Shown: piece after piece, positions 10,407-21,430 of the stretch
Layout: every line of letters begins with the position of its first letter
Position numbering within the stretch: the first letter of the stretch is position 1
From: an uncultured virus (IMG/VR IMGVR_UViG_3300026097_000002)
Taxonomy: Duplodnaviria > Heunggongvirae > Uroviricota > Caudoviricetes > Crassvirales
Reading direction: 5' to 3' (one strand)
IMG/VR virus record: IMGVR_UViG_3300026097_000002
DNA length: 64,000 nucleotides
Made by a program: the position numbers and the translations under genes
Notes under the pieces: generated by a model
Seen by the model: only the letters and a program-made list of their open reading frames with translations
Told to the model about the DNA's origin: nothing
The model's database searches: none

Positions 10407-11465
10407 ATGAATCTAGTATTTAAAGACGAGAACGGAAACGTTATCGGACAACAGGAACAACCTGTAGAGCAGGAAGCTGTAGAGCAGCAAGAACCTGTAG
10501 AGCAGGAAGCTGTAGAGCAGCAGGAACCTGTAGAGCAGGAGGCTGTAGAGCAACCTGAAGCGGATATTGACGAAGAGAAGGTAAGGGCTTACCTAAAGGA
10601 GCGCTACGAGATCGAGTCGATAGAAGACGTTCTTAGACAACCTGAACCACTACCAGAGGACGTGGATGCGTTCCTGAAGTACAAGAAAGAGACCGGTAGA
10701 ACGTTTGAGGATTACATCAATCTTCAGAAGGACTGGTCTAAGGTAGACGAGACATCGCTACTTAAGCAGTACTATAAGGAGAACAGTCCACACCTGGATG
10801 ACGAAGATATTAGCTACCTTATCGAGGATAAGTTTTCTTATGATGAGGATATTGATGACGCTAAGGACATCAAGAAGAAGAAGGTAGCAATGAAAGACGA
10901 ACTATTCAAAGCTAAAAGCTACTTTGAATCGCAGAAGGAAAAGTATAAGGCGCCACTTGTGTCAAGTGAAGCTGACCTACCGGAGCAGTACAAGGAAGCC
11001 TACAGCTTTTATAGTGAATATAATGAGCAGTCCAAGAGGGAAGCTCAACTTCAAGAAGAGCGGTCAAAGTTCTTTTCAGAGAAGACAGATGGCCTTTTTA
11101 ACGAGGAATTCAAAGGTTTTGAGTTCGATCTCGGTGAGAAGCAGCAGCTGTTTGAACTTAAAGATGTTGATCGGGTAAAGTCAGAGCAGTCTGATATTAC
11201 CAACTTCTTCAACAAGCATATTGACGAGAAAGGCTACATCAAGGATGCGGCCTCTTATCATAAAGCTCTTTTTGCTGCAGCCAACGCAGATGCTATGGCT
11301 CGTTACTTTTACGAGCAAGGAAAGGCAGACGCTATAGAGGGTGTAGTCAAGGAGACCAAGAACATCAGCATGAGTGTTAGAGATAACAAGCCTGTTGAGG
11401 TGAAGGGGTTGAGGTTTCGAGAAGTTGATGGACCTAGTGGTAACTCACTAAAATTTAAAAAATAA
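10407..11465 (+). CDS. Capsid scaffolding protein
   Basis: Acidic helical protein between portal and capsid genes. Confidence 0.7.
   Translation: MNLVFKDENGNVIGQQEQPVEQEAVEQQEPVEQEAVEQQEPVEQEAVEQPEADIDEEKVRAYLKERYEIESIEDVLRQPEPLPEDVDAFLKYKKETGRTFEDYINLQKDWSKVDETSLLKQYYKENSPHLDDEDISYLIEDKFSYDEDIDDAKDIKKKKVAMKDELFKAKSYFESQKEKYKAPLVSSEADLPEQYKEAYSFYSEYNEQSKREAQLQEERSKFFSEKTDGLFNEEFKGFEFDLGEKQQLFELKDVDRVKSEQSDITNFFNKHIDEKGYIKDAASYHKALFAAANADAMARYFYEQGKADAIEGVVKETKNISMSVRDNKPVEVKGLRFREVDGPSGNSLKFKK
10461..10556 (+). repeat. 33-bp coding tandem repeat (~3 copies, PVEQEAVEQQE)
   Basis: CCTGTAGAGCAGGAAGCTGTAGAGCAGCARGAA repeated. Confidence 0.9.
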
Positions 11466-11486
11466 CTTTAAAAAACCTAAACAAAA

Positions 11487-12827
11487 ATGGCATTATCATT
11501 TAACCCGGCGATAGGAACTGCTACAATCACTCCTGCGCCAAGCAAAGTTGCCCTTCCAGGTAACTACCTAGGAGCTGATATTGAGTTTACTTCTCAGTAT
11601 CTTCCTGACACATATGAAAAAGAATTCGCAAAGTACGGTAACCGTTCTGTGTCTTCTTTTTTAAGAAGAGTAGGAGCTGAGGTTCCTTTCGCTTCTGACG
11701 TAATCCAATGGTCTGAGCAAGGACGTCTTCACGTTGCTGTTACTGGTGCTACCCGTGCTGCTGACGTGATTACATCTGCTGGTCACCCATTCAGACTTAA
11801 CCAAACAGTTATCATCAAAGATGCTGACGGTACTATCGAGAAAGCTATCATCACTGCTGCTGACACCGATACATTTACTGTTGCTTCTTTCGAGAACGCT
11901 AACCTTGCTGCTGCTCTTGCTACAACTGGACTTTCTGTTTCAGTTTACGGTTCTGAGTTTAAGAAAGGTACTGGCGGTATGACTGGATCTTTAGAGGCTC
12001 CTAAGGACATCCAAACCACTAACCCTATCATCATCAAAGATAAGTACGAAGTATCTGGATCTGATATGGCTCAAATTGGTTGGATCGAAGTAGAGTCTGA
12101 TCAAGGGTCAGGTTATATGTGGTACCTTAAGTCTGAGTCAGAAACTCGTAAGCGTTTCGAAGACTACCTAGAGCTTTCTTTGATCGAAGGTAAGCAAGCT
12201 GCTTCAGGTTCTGGTGCTGCTTCTGCTGGATACAAGGGAACTAAAGGTTTGTTCAGCCAAGTAGAAACTAGAGGTAACATCGCCACTGGTTCTATCGCTG
12301 ACCGTTCAGATCTTGAGAACCTAGTAAAAGTTCTTGACAAAGAAGGAGCTATTCAGGAGAACGTAATGTTCGTTAACCGTACAACTTCTTTCGAGATCGA
12401 TCAAGTTCTTGCAGCTCAGAACAACTTCGGTTCTTCTGGCGCTTCTTATGGTTTGTTTGATAACGACGATATGATGGCTCTTAGCCTTGGATTCAAAGGT
12501 TTCAACCTTGGATACGACTTCTACAAAACTGACTGGAAATACCTTAACGATCCTACTACTGGAGCGTTAGCTTCTGGTGTTGACGGACTAGTTGCACCTG
12601 CTGGTACTACTAGCGTTTATGACGAAGTTATGGGTGAGAGCGTTGTTCTTCCTTTCCTACACGTTAAGTACCGCAAAACTGCTACTGAGGACCGTAAATA
12701 CAAGTCTTGGGTAGTTGGTTCAGCTGGTGGCGCTAACAACAGCGATATCGACGCTATGAGCGTTCACTTCCTGTCTGAGCGTGCTCTATGTGTTATGGGA
12801 GCTAACAACTTCATCTTACTGAAGTAA
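11487..12827 (+). CDS. Major capsid protein
   Basis: 446 aa after scaffold, WSEQGRLH motif, strongly biased high-expression codons, hairpin downstream. Confidence 0.85.
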   Translation: MALSFNPAIGTATITPAPSKVALPGNYLGADIEFTSQYLPDTYEKEFAKYGNRSVSSFLRRVGAEVPFASDVIQWSEQGRLHVAVTGATRAADVITSAGHPFRLNQTVIIKDADGTIEKAIITAADTDTFTVASFENANLAAALATTGLSVSVYGSEFKKGTGGMTGSLEAPKDIQTTNPIIIKDKYEVSGSDMAQIGWIEVESDQGSGYMWYLKSESETRKRFEDYLELSLIEGKQAASGSGAASAGYKGTKGLFSQVETRGNIATGSIADRSDLENLVKVLDKEGAIQENVMFVNRTTSFEIDQVLAAQNNFGSSGASYGLFDNDDMMALSLGFKGFNLGYDFYKTDWKYLNDPTTGALASGVDGLVAPAGTTSVYDEVMGESVVLPFLHVKYRKTATEDRKYKSWVVGSAGGANNSDIDAMSVHFLSERALCVMGANNFILLK

Positions 12828-12841
12828 TTTTAATGGTAGAC

Positions 12842-12870
12842 TACCCTCGTCTTAGTGACGGGGGTATTTA
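12842..12870 (+). terminator. Hairpin after capsid gene (probable terminator)
   Basis: TACCCTCGTC-ttagt-GACGGGGGTA followed by TTT. Confidence 0.6.
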
Positions 12871-12903
12871 CTACCTTTGTTTTTTAATCTTAAATCTAAT
12901 ACA

Positions 12904-13659
12904 ATGGCAATCAGAAAAGCAGCTCCATCTTCGGAGCTAAAAGAAAGAGTATACGTACTCACCGGTGGTATCAGTCCAGTGAACTACATCCTTCGTTCAA
13001 GGCACACCACAAGTAAACCACTACAGTTTTTTGACGCGGATAAGAAGGTCTACAGATCTCTACGCTTCTCTTCAAACCAAACATCAATCTTCGAGGACGA
13101 ACAGTTCGGAGACGTGTCTCTACCTGCTATCGTTTTCAATAACGGCAAGCTGGTCGTAAGAAAAGAGGATACACTGCTTCAGGAGTTCTTAAGTAAGCAC
13201 CCTGATAACGGTAAGGTGTTTCTTGAGTTTGACCCAGAGAAAAAAGCTGAGGAGGAACTAGCTACAGTTGAGGCTGAGCTTGAGGCTATGAATATGGCTA
13301 GACAGATGGAGATCGAGGATCTTGAAGCTGTAGCCAGGGTAGTGCTTCGTTCAGCTGTCAATACAATGAGCTCAAAAGAAATTAGAAGAGATATGCTCAT
13401 CTACGCTAAGAATAATCCAGGGCAGTTTATTCAGCTATCTAACGACGAGAATATCAAGCTACGCAACCTAGCCGTACGTGCTGTTGAGATGGGTATCATC
13501 AAGATCCTTGACGACAAGAGAACGGTGGCTTGGAACAGTGGCAAGAAAGAAAAGATCGTTACCGTACCCTACGGAGAGAACGTCTACAGCGCTTTAGCCG
13601 CGTACTTCAAGACCGATGAGGGGCTGGATGTCCTTCAGGGTATCACAAATAAGCTATAG
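12904..13659 (+). CDS. Conserved hypothetical protein in head module (start ATG 12904)
   Basis: ORF after capsid with own TACCTTTG box at 12872-12879. Confidence 0.7.
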   Translation: MAIRKAAPSSELKERVYVLTGGISPVNYILRSRHTTSKPLQFFDADKKVYRSLRFSSNQTSIFEDEQFGDVSLPAIVFNNGKLVVRKEDTLLQEFLSKHPDNGKVFLEFDPEKKAEEELATVEAELEAMNMARQMEIEDLEAVARVVLRSAVNTMSSKEIRRDMLIYAKNNPGQFIQLSNDENIKLRNLAVRAVEMGIIKILDDKRTVAWNSGKKEKIVTVPYGENVYSALAAYFKTDEGLDVLQGITNKL

Positions 13660-13683
13660 CTCAACACTATAGGTACAGCAAGG

Positions 13684-13713
13684 GGGAGGACAAATTAGTC
13701 CTCCCTTTTTTTT
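13684..13713 (+). terminator. Rho-independent terminator
   Basis: GGGAGGAC-aaatta-GTCCTCCC followed by T8; TATTTTTG promoter box follows at 13715. Confidence 0.85.
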
Positions 13714-13738
13714 GTATTTTTGCTTAAAATATTCATAG

Positions 13739-14428
13739 ATGATTAACCACGTAAGAAATACTGTTCTAACCATTCTCAACAAGGAGAATAGAGGGTATAT
13801 TACGCCCGAGCAGTTTAATTCGTACGCAGCTCATGCACAGCAGGGTATATTCAACTTATACTTCGCTGAGTATGCTAGAATGGTTTCCCTAAAGAACGCA
13901 AGAAGGCTGAGCGCGGATTACGGCGACAGAGTAAGAGAGATACAGGCCAATATAGACGCATTCACTAAGGTACAGAGCATTACTAAGTCAGGTGCGGTTT
14001 ACCCGAAGCCTGCGGATATGTTCAAGCCACTTTCTATAAGATACAACGGTAACGAGGTCGTACAGATACCTATATATAAGGAGACCTTTGTAGATAACGC
14101 TAACCTTACAGCGCCAAGCGCTTCGTACCCTGTGTACGTAGATAAGGATAACGTTTTTGTAGTTAAGCCATCTACTATTACGTCCAGTATAGATCTGGTA
14201 TATGTAAGGAACCCTATAGCGCCCAAGTGGACATATACTCTGGTTCTAGATGAACCTGTATTTAACCCGAGCGCTTCGGACTACCAAGACTTTGAACTAG
14301 GAATGGATGACTCCGTTTCTTTAGTTATAGAGATATGTAAGCTCGCTGGAGTGACTATAAGAGAGGCAGACGTAGTTACGTTCGCTAACAACGCTGACGT
14401 CCTTGAATCACAAAAGCAAAATTCGTAA
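13739..14428 (+). CDS. Tail ring / head-tail adaptor protein
   Basis: LNKENRGYITP N-terminus; position before ring and nozzle genes. Confidence 0.6.
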   Translation: MINHVRNTVLTILNKENRGYITPEQFNSYAAHAQQGIFNLYFAEYARMVSLKNARRLSADYGDRVREIQANIDAFTKVQSITKSGAVYPKPADMFKPLSIRYNGNEVVQIPIYKETFVDNANLTAPSASYPVYVDKDNVFVVKPSTITSSIDLVYVRNPIAPKWTYTLVLDEPVFNPSASDYQDFELGMDDSVSLVIEICKLAGVTIREADVVTFANNADVLESQKQNS

Positions 14429-14431
14429 GAG

Positions 14432-15286
14432 ATGGCACTAACAGATCAGCAGTATTATCAGAATAGCACAAACTGGGGAGGGTACCAGTACGTTAGCTTA
14501 GCCGATATCATAAATAACTTTTACTTATTCTACGTAGGAGATAACAAGATCATCAACGAGGTTGATAGGTACGACATTATATTTCACGCTAAGAGAGGGC
14601 TTCAGGAGCTTCACTACGACGCTTTAAAGGACGTTAGGGCCCTAGAGCTTGATCTACCCGATGACCTTCAGCTAGAGCTTCCTAAGGACTTCGTGAGCCT
14701 CGTTAGACTTTCGTGGGTTGATGAGCGCGGACGCTTCCACCCTATGATAGTGAACAACGACTCAGCGATCGTAACAGCTTACCTTCAGGACAACAACTAC
14801 AACATTTTATTTGACGAGAACGGAGAAGCGCTTCAGGCAGATTCGGTTACAGACATTAATATAGCAGAGGCCGACTCAGATAACGACACCTACGACGCTC
14901 TTTTCGAGTACAACCCAGGTGCTCGCTTTGGTATGGAGACATCTAGAGCGAACATCAACGGTACGTACCGCATCGATAAAAACTTAGGTGTTATTCGTTT
15001 TAGCTCTGACGTGTTCGGTAAGACTATAGTTATTGAGTACGTAACAGATGGCTTAAACGATCTTGCTGAATCTGATATAAAGGTAAATAAACTAGCTGAG
15101 GACTACCTATACAAGCACATCGCTAACCAGATAATAAACCACAAGTTCGGTGTACAGGAGTACATCGTGAGACGCGTGAAGAATGAAGCATTTTCTGCGC
15201 TAAAGAACCTGAAGATAAGAATGATGGACGTACACCCTATGGATCTGGTTCAGGCAGGCAGAGGTCGTGATAAGTGGATTAAGTAA
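14432..15286 (+). CDS. Tail ring / adaptor protein
   Basis: LPKDFV..VRLSWVD and IVIEYVTDG motifs typical of podovirus ring proteins. Confidence 0.6.
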   Translation: MALTDQQYYQNSTNWGGYQYVSLADIINNFYLFYVGDNKIINEVDRYDIIFHAKRGLQELHYDALKDVRALELDLPDDLQLELPKDFVSLVRLSWVDERGRFHPMIVNNDSAIVTAYLQDNNYNILFDENGEALQADSVTDINIAEADSDNDTYDALFEYNPGARFGMETSRANINGTYRIDKNLGVIRFSSDVFGKTIVIEYVTDGLNDLAESDIKVNKLAEDYLYKHIANQIINHKFGVQEYIVRRVKNEAFSALKNLKIRMMDVHPMDLVQAGRGRDKWIK

Positions 15287-18200
15287 TGAAGATAAAAAGC
15301 TTTTTTACATCTGGTAAGATGAATAAAGACGCCGACGAGCGTCTTGTTCCTAATGGAGAGTATAGAGATGCCCTTAACGTAAGGGTAAACAACTCTAACG
15401 GATCTGATGTAGGAGCTATCGAGAACACCTTGTCTAACCTGCAGGTCACCTCACTTTCTTTGGGAAGTAATGCACAGTGTATTGGTGTGGTAGACGACGA
15501 CGGTGCCGATACTGTGTTCTGGGCTGTATCTTCAGACAGCGGATCTTATGTATGCTCATACAGTAGAGAGACGGGAGCTCAAGCCATAATACTTCAGGAC
15601 ACAAGACCAGTTGGGACTAGGGTTCTAAACTTCAGTGGCTTAGGATACGTAGATATGGCTGTGCTTAACGACCAGGAGAACGGTAAGAAGTTTATACTAC
15701 TAACCGATGGTGTAAGTGAGCCTAAGTACTTCAGGGTAGACAACACTATAGCTGACGACAACTTTACGTTAGCTGAGATATCTCTTATCAAGGCTCCGCC
15801 TATAGACGCTCCACAGGTTACGCTTATAGAGACCAATGAGGCTGAGAACAACATCAGGGACAAGTTCTACTCATTTGCTTACCGCTACATCTACGAGGAC
15901 AACGAGATCAGTGCGCTCTCTCCGTTCTCTGAGTTTGCTTTTATGCCTAGCACCTTTAGGTACGACTACAACTCAGGTAACAACAAGTCTATGTTCAACG
16001 ACAAGAACAAGGCAAGGCTTACTATAAACACGGGCGGTAGTAGGGTAAGAAAGATAGAGGTCATCGCTAAGGAGTCAGATACGAACGCTTACTACATCTT
16101 AGAGAAGATAAGTAAGGAAACCAAGAGCCTGTCGGATAACGCTTCATATAACTTTGACTTCACGAACAACAAGGTATTCAAGGCTTTAGACATCTCTCAG
16201 ACCAGAAGGGTGTACGATAACGTCCCTGTAAGCGCTAAAGCGGTTGAGCTCATAGGTAACAGAGTTGTTTTCGGTGGATATACCGAAGGATATGACATAA
16301 GCTACGGCGGAGTAGCTATCTCACCAGAACTGTCGTTACAGCTCAGCTCTACGGCCGGTACATCGGGTGTGCCACACACATCACTTAAGTCTAATATGGA
16401 CTACGAGGTTGGTATCACCTACCTTGACGGTAAGGGTCGTATGACCACTCCGTTTACTAGCGAGGATAACAGTATCCATATACCATTCTCTGCCTCAGAT
16501 AAGAAAAACACGCTTAGCGTATCTATATCTTCTAAAGCTCCAGACTGGGCTACGAACTACAGGTTCTTTGTAAAGCAAAGCAGAAACGACTACGACGTAA
16601 TATCTCCTGTATCTTTCTACAAGGAAGGTATCTACGCATGGATAAAGCTAGAGGGCGAGGACATCAACAAAGTTAATAAGGGCGACTTCTTGTTTGTTAA
16701 GTCAGACACCTCTGGACTTAAAGGGTCTCAGATCAGGGTCAAGGTGCTTGATTCGGAGTTCAAAGAAAGAAACTTCTTAGAGGACGATTCTGAGGAGAAC
16801 ATCAGACAGGAAGCTGGTACCTATATAAAGATAAATACAGAGGACATCTTTCTAGATGAGACCTCTGCTAGTACATTTGGATACGAAGGCTACGCGTTTA
16901 GATCTGACGCTACCAAGAACGACTTCAACACGAACCAGTCCTACGTAGAGTCCGTTGTATTCTACGGTACAGGTACTAACGATCTTTCTGCGTCCGGCAC
17001 ATTTACAGGTACCACTGACTACAGGTACGAGGTACGTATAGTTAGTGAAGGTACACCCGATACATTTAAGTGGAGAAGAAGAGACTGCGCTACAGACGTT
17101 GTAGGTGCGTGGGATGATAACTCTGGTGCTGGATATCCTGCAGGAACTTCGTTGTCACTAGGCGATGGTCTATCGATCAACTTCACCTCCTCTACAGGAC
17201 ATACCTTAAATGATAGGTGGGCTATAAACGCAAAGTCTTTAGAGAGAGCGGATGGATGGGACGGAGGAGACTCTGTGGACAGCTACGGAAGAAACGCCAT
17301 AATGCTGTTCAAGTGTAAGAGCTCCGGTTCTGAGGCTATAAAGTCAGGTGCTATAATCACCCTAGAGTACGACGACAGTAAGTCTACCGGTGACTCAGGG
17401 ACCACCGAAAATATTAAAGGCGCTGTATACCAGCGTTTTATCGCTAGCAACAACTATGCCAATATGGAGGAGTGGTTCTGGGAGGACGACGTCCTATCTC
17501 AGATGAAGCACCCTGAGACCGCAGGAGAGGTTATGTTCAGAAGAGGATCTCTTGTTAAGCTAGACGGACAGCAGATGCAGATAACTCCTTCAGGAGATCT
17601 TTTCTTATGTATACTTTCTCCGGCGAACTACATCGGTGGCGGAAGGGTTAGAGTTGACCTCAATATGAAGATAGTTGAGCTAGAGAACCCTATTATATTT
17701 GAAACAGACTACGAAAACTCTGTTAACGAGATCTTCTACGAGATCCCTGGTACATACGGTATAGATGCTGGTGGCAACCACCTAGGGGATGTCAATCAGG
17801 TGTTCGGTACCACAGACGCTGTGGTTAATCTAGACTACTTCAACTGCTTCGGGTGGTATAACGGATACGAGTCTATTAAGATCGCTGACGCTTTCAATGA
17901 GAAAAAGATGCTTAACGACTCTAAGCCACTTGTCCCCATAGATGACTACAAGCAGATCAATCGAGTGGCTTCGCTTACCTACAGTAACGCGTACGAGTCA
18001 ACCACATCTTACAACGGATTAAACGAGTTCAACCTATCTACAGCGAACTACAAGGACCTAGACGCTAACTACGGAACCATAGCTAGGATACTGTCTTCCG
18101 ACGGAGATCTAACTGTGTTCCAGAGCAACAGGGTGTCTAGGATACTATATAACAAAAACGTTATACTTGCTGCCGACGGTAGCGGTACTATCGCTCAGTC

Positions 18201-21200
18201 AAACACAGTGCTGGGTCAGGATGTACCTTACCAGGGTGAGTATGGTATCACTAACGGTCAGGCTTCACTGGTTCGATGGGGGGGAGGTATATTCTTCGCT
18301 GACGAGAAGAGAGGATCTGTACTTCGTTTAGGAGCAAATGGTATTATACCTGTGTCGGGTTACGGTATGGATGAGTGGTTCAACGACAACCTTACCTACG
18401 GGGTAAGAACCGTAGGAACATACGACCCTCAGAACGATCAGTACGTTATATCTCTTAGAGGTAATGTGATAGACTGGAGAGAAGATACGTACGAGTGCTT
18501 ACAAGACGGTATCACTACATCAACCACTACTACATCAACAACATCTGGAACGACTTCAACGTCGACCACAACAACATCAACTACAGCTGCAACAACTACT
18601 ACTACATCGACTACCAGTACGTCGACTACCAGCACCACAACATCAACCACGCTAGGTCCAGAGACCCTTACTATTACAGGTGACACCAATATAGACACAC
18701 TGGGACAGACGGGAGAGGTGTACAGTATTAATACAGTATACCCATCAACGGAGTGGCAGATCACTGACGCGGCCGCATCTGGATTCAGTCCTATTTCTTT
18801 TTCTTTCGATTCCCCTACAACAGGTACTGGGCCAGGGTCAATAACCATAGACTTCGCAGCTTATAACGGAGACGGAACAGAGACACTGAGCTCTGTGATC
18901 ACGGTAAGTGAGGTTGGAGGAAGCGCTACTGGAGATATTACCATAGTACAGGAACCCGGCACTCAGACCATAGTTGATATATCTGGAGACTTTACTAATA
19001 TACTAGAGTACAACTCTAGGGACTACACAGCCGTAGTTACCGGCACCACTTCAGGTGCCATAACCTACGCTTGGAGCGTAACGGGTGGTATCATAAATGG
19101 ATCATCTACGTCTGAAACTGTAAATGTAACTTGGCAGGAGCCCGGTACAGGATCTATATCTGTTACAGCTACAAGAGGCGGTGTTCCCGATACAGATAGC
19201 GGAACGATAACTATCCTACCTATCTACTATATCTTTAACGCTTGTGACGGAGGAACTACTGTTATATCTAGACAGGTGAGCGCACCTCCGACTATAGCTC
19301 AGCAAAGGTATGCTGACTACTCTGGTGGTGAGATCATTAAGTACTACACCTACAGCGGGTTTACTCAGAACGACTCTAGTGGATACCCAATAGCTCCGCT
19401 TCAGCCGATCACTCCTGCAGTAGCTGGATGTCCTGTAACGACTACAACTACTAGTACTCAAGCGTACCAGCAGGTTATCCTTTACGAGCAAAGCCCTTCA
19501 TACGGCTCAGGCTGGGATTCTACTAGCTATGCTTGCGCTGGTGTAGGTGGAACCAATACACTGCTACTTTATATAGGCACTAACGAGACCTTAAGTGTTA
19601 ACACTGTGATATACACAGATACTAACCTTTCGGTGCCGTTCGCCGGCGACAACTACTGGTACCAGGTACAAGGAACTAGCGATATACTTAACGTAGCCGC
19701 CAACGGAACCATTAACTCGGTACAGTCTTGTTCGCCTACCACTATAGTATTCGTTAAAGATGTACCTACGTTCATCCTTGAGGGTCAAACAGATCAGTAT
19801 ACCTCTGAGGTGTGGTCTACAGAGACGGGTACCCCAACCTACTCTTGGACTGTAACCAGAGGTTCGATTACCGCTGGTGCTGGAACAGCTACCATAGATG
19901 TGCTATGGGGAACAGATATAGGAACGGGTACAGTTGCCCTTACAGCTACCGTTAACGGTGTGTCTGGAAGCGATTCAGAGAACCTAGAGGTTCTTCCGAT
20001 ATACTACATATTCAACGCATGTGATGGAGGCACAACTGTTATTGATAGACTAGCTTCGGCGCCTTCGGTTAACCAACAGAGATACGTAGACTTCTCTGTA
20101 ACACCTAACAAGTACTACACCTACACAGGAACTACTCAGAACGATGCTGGAAGTTATCCTATCGTAGATCTACAAGCGGCTATACCAACTGCTACAGGGT
20201 GTCCTACTGCAACCACAACAAGTACTACTGCGGCTCCTACAATTAGCTTGATTATAGATAGCGACTGTGCTGGCGGAGTTGGTACTGGATACATAAACTT
20301 ATCTCAGTCTGGCGGAGTAGGACCTACGTTTACTTATCACATAGGAACATCTGCTATTGGATTTGACAATGTAGCTAACTACAACGGTATTCAGAACGCT
20401 AACTCTTTAGCTAACGGAACGTATTATGTAGCAGTTTATGACAACGGAACTGGAGCGTATAGCTTCACAACTATAAATATAAGCTGTGTAGATCCTACTA
20501 CAACTACATCTACAAGTACTTCTACATCTACAAGTACTTCAACAAGCACAACAAGTACAACTAGTACCACTGCAGCTCCTTTGAACTACGCTATTTTTAT
20601 AGATTGTGACAACCCGGGCGGCGCTACACTACAGGTGTTTAGCACAAGTCCTATAGGATTCCAGGTGCTACAAAGTGGCGGTACGTGTTACCAGTACACT
20701 TCTACAGGTGGAGATGGATCTAATGGAGATATAGCAGGATACACATCATTCCCTGACTGTAATACGTGTAACCCACCGACAACGACAACTTCAACAAGTA
20801 CTTCTACGTCTACTAGTACTACCTCAACAAGTACATCGACATCTACAAGTACTACTACGAGCACGACAACAGCTCCTCCGACTACAACTTGTCCTCCGGC
20901 AGGTACACTTGTAAGTACGGTATGTATTGGATTTGATCTATACGGATACTACGCCGATGGAAACTGTGGAGAGAACTTTGAGCTTATAGAGCCTAACAGT
21001 CCAAGCTGTGGATATGTTCCGCCTACGACTACAACGTCTACAACTGCAGCTCCAACAACTACAAGTACTACAGCCGCTCCAACGACTACAAGTACTACAA
21101 CAAGTACTACGGCAGCGCCTCCTACAACGACTTCAACGTCGACTAGTACAACAACTACTAGTACTACGGAAGCGCCACCTTGTACGCAGTTGTTTATGCA

Positions 21201-21429
21201 GACGTCTGGTAGCTCAACAAGCAGCACAGCTTGTAGCGGAGCAAGCGCGCCTACAAGAAGAAGACATAACGGATTGTTGCCTTACCCAGGCGTAGGAGAC
21301 ACAATCTACGAAGATATCAGCTGTAGCAATACTTTCAACGGAGGTAGCTTATGGTACTTCATCTCAGTGGACGGATCTGCTATACGGGTGAATAGTTCAG
21401 GTACAGTAATAGATAAAGCGATATGTTAA
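15286..21429 (+). CDS. Tail nozzle/stabilization protein N-terminal part fused to mucin-like Thr/Ser-rich, PKD/BACON-like and Cys-rich domains
   Basis: GKMNKD.DERL.PNGEYRDALN start, FAYRYIYED, GEYGI, FFAD..RG, YDP motifs up to ~18460; then poly-Thr tracts alternating with repeated beta and Cys-rich domains. Confidence 0.75.
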   Translation: MKIKSFFTSGKMNKDADERLVPNGEYRDALNVRVNNSNGSDVGAIENTLSNLQVTSLSLGSNAQCIGVVDDDGADTVFWAVSSDSGSYVCSYSRETGAQAIILQDTRPVGTRVLNFSGLGYVDMAVLNDQENGKKFILLTDGVSEPKYFRVDNTIADDNFTLAEISLIKAPPIDAPQVTLIETNEAENNIRDKFYSFAYRYIYEDNEISALSPFSEFAFMPSTFRYDYNSGNNKSMFNDKNKARLTINTGGSRVRKIEVIAKESDTNAYYILEKISKETKSLSDNASYNFDFTNNKVFKALDISQTRRVYDNVPVSAKAVELIGNRVVFGGYTEGYDISYGGVAISPELSLQLSSTAGTSGVPHTSLKSNMDYEVGITYLDGKGRMTTPFTSEDNSIHIPFSASDKKNTLSVSISSKAPDWATNYRFFVKQSRNDYDVISPVSFYKEGIYAWIKLEGEDINKVNKGDFLFVKSDTSGLKGSQIRVKVLDSEFKERNFLEDDSEENIRQEAGTYIKINTEDIFLDETSASTFGYEGYAFRSDATKNDFNTNQSYVESVVFYGTGTNDLSASGTFTGTTDYRYEVRIVSEGTPDTFKWRRRDCATDVVGAWDDNSGAGYPAGTSLSLGDGLSINFTSSTGHTLNDRWAINAKSLERADGWDGGDSVDSYGRNAIMLFKCKSSGSEAIKSGAIITLEYDDSKSTGDSGTTENIKGAVYQRFIASNNYANMEEWFWEDDVLSQMKHPETAGEVMFRRGSLVKLDGQQMQITPSGDLFLCILSPANYIGGGRVRVDLNMKIVELENPIIFETDYENSVNEIFYEIPGTYGIDAGGNHLGDVNQVFGTTDAVVNLDYFNCFGWYNGYESIKIADAFNEKKMLNDSKPLVPIDDYKQINRVASLTYSNAYESTTSYNGLNEFNLSTANYKDLDANYGTIARILSSDGDLTVFQSNRVSRILYNKNVILAADGSGTIAQSNTVLGQDVPYQGEYGITNGQASLVRWGGGIFFADEKRGSVLRLGANGIIPVSGYGMDEWFNDNLTYGVRTVGTYDPQNDQYVISLRGNVIDWREDTYECLQDGITTSTTTTSTTSGTTSTSTTTTSTTAATTTTTSTTSTSTTSTTTSTTLGPETLTITGDTNIDTLGQTGEVYSINTVYPSTEWQITDAAASGFSPISFSFDSPTTGTGPGSITIDFAAYNGDGTETLSSVITVSEVGGSATGDITIVQEPGTQTIVDISGDFTNILEYNSRDYTAVVTGTTSGAITYAWSVTGGIINGSSTSETVNVTWQEPGTGSISVTATRGGVPDTDSGTITILPIYYIFNACDGGTTVISRQVSAPPTIAQQRYADYSGGEIIKYYTYSGFTQNDSSGYPIAPLQPITPAVAGCPVTTTTTSTQAYQQVILYEQSPSYGSGWDSTSYACAGVGGTNTLLLYIGTNETLSVNTVIYTDTNLSVPFAGDNYWYQVQGTSDILNVAANGTINSVQSCSPTTIVFVKDVPTFILEGQTDQYTSEVWSTETGTPTYSWTVTRGSITAGAGTATIDVLWGTDIGTGTVALTATVNGVSGSDSENLEVLPIYYIFNACDGGTTVIDRLASAPSVNQQRYVDFSVTPNKYYTYTGTTQNDAGSYPIVDLQAAIPTATGCPTATTTSTTAAPTISLIIDSDCAGGVGTGYINLSQSGGVGPTFTYHIGTSAIGFDNVANYNGIQNANSLANGTYYVAVYDNGTGAYSFTTINISCVDPTTTTSTSTSTSTSTSTSTTSTTSTTAAPLNYAIFIDCDNPGGATLQVFSTSPIGFQVLQSGGTCYQYTSTGGDGSNGDIAGYTSFPDCNTCNPPTTTTSTSTSTSTSTTSTSTSTSTSTTTSTTTAPPTTTCPPAGTLVSTVCIGFDLYGYYADGNCGENFELIEPNSPSCGYVPPTTTTSTTAAPTTTSTTAAPTTTSTTTSTTAAPPTTTSTSTSTTTTSTTEAPPCTQLFMQTSGSSTSSTACSGASAPTRRRHNGLLPYPGVGDTIYEDISCSNTFNGGSLWYFISVDGSAIRVNSSGTVIDKAIC

Positions 21430-21430
21430 G

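Noticed and set aside
20495..21180. Thr tracts as assembly artefact
   Set aside because: Codons vary among ACT/ACA/ACG/ACC and TCT/AGT and the frame stays open, indicating protein-level selection
18438..21295. Val-rich antisense and alternate-frame ORFs
   Set aside because: Shadows of Thr-codon tracts in the real plus-strand gene
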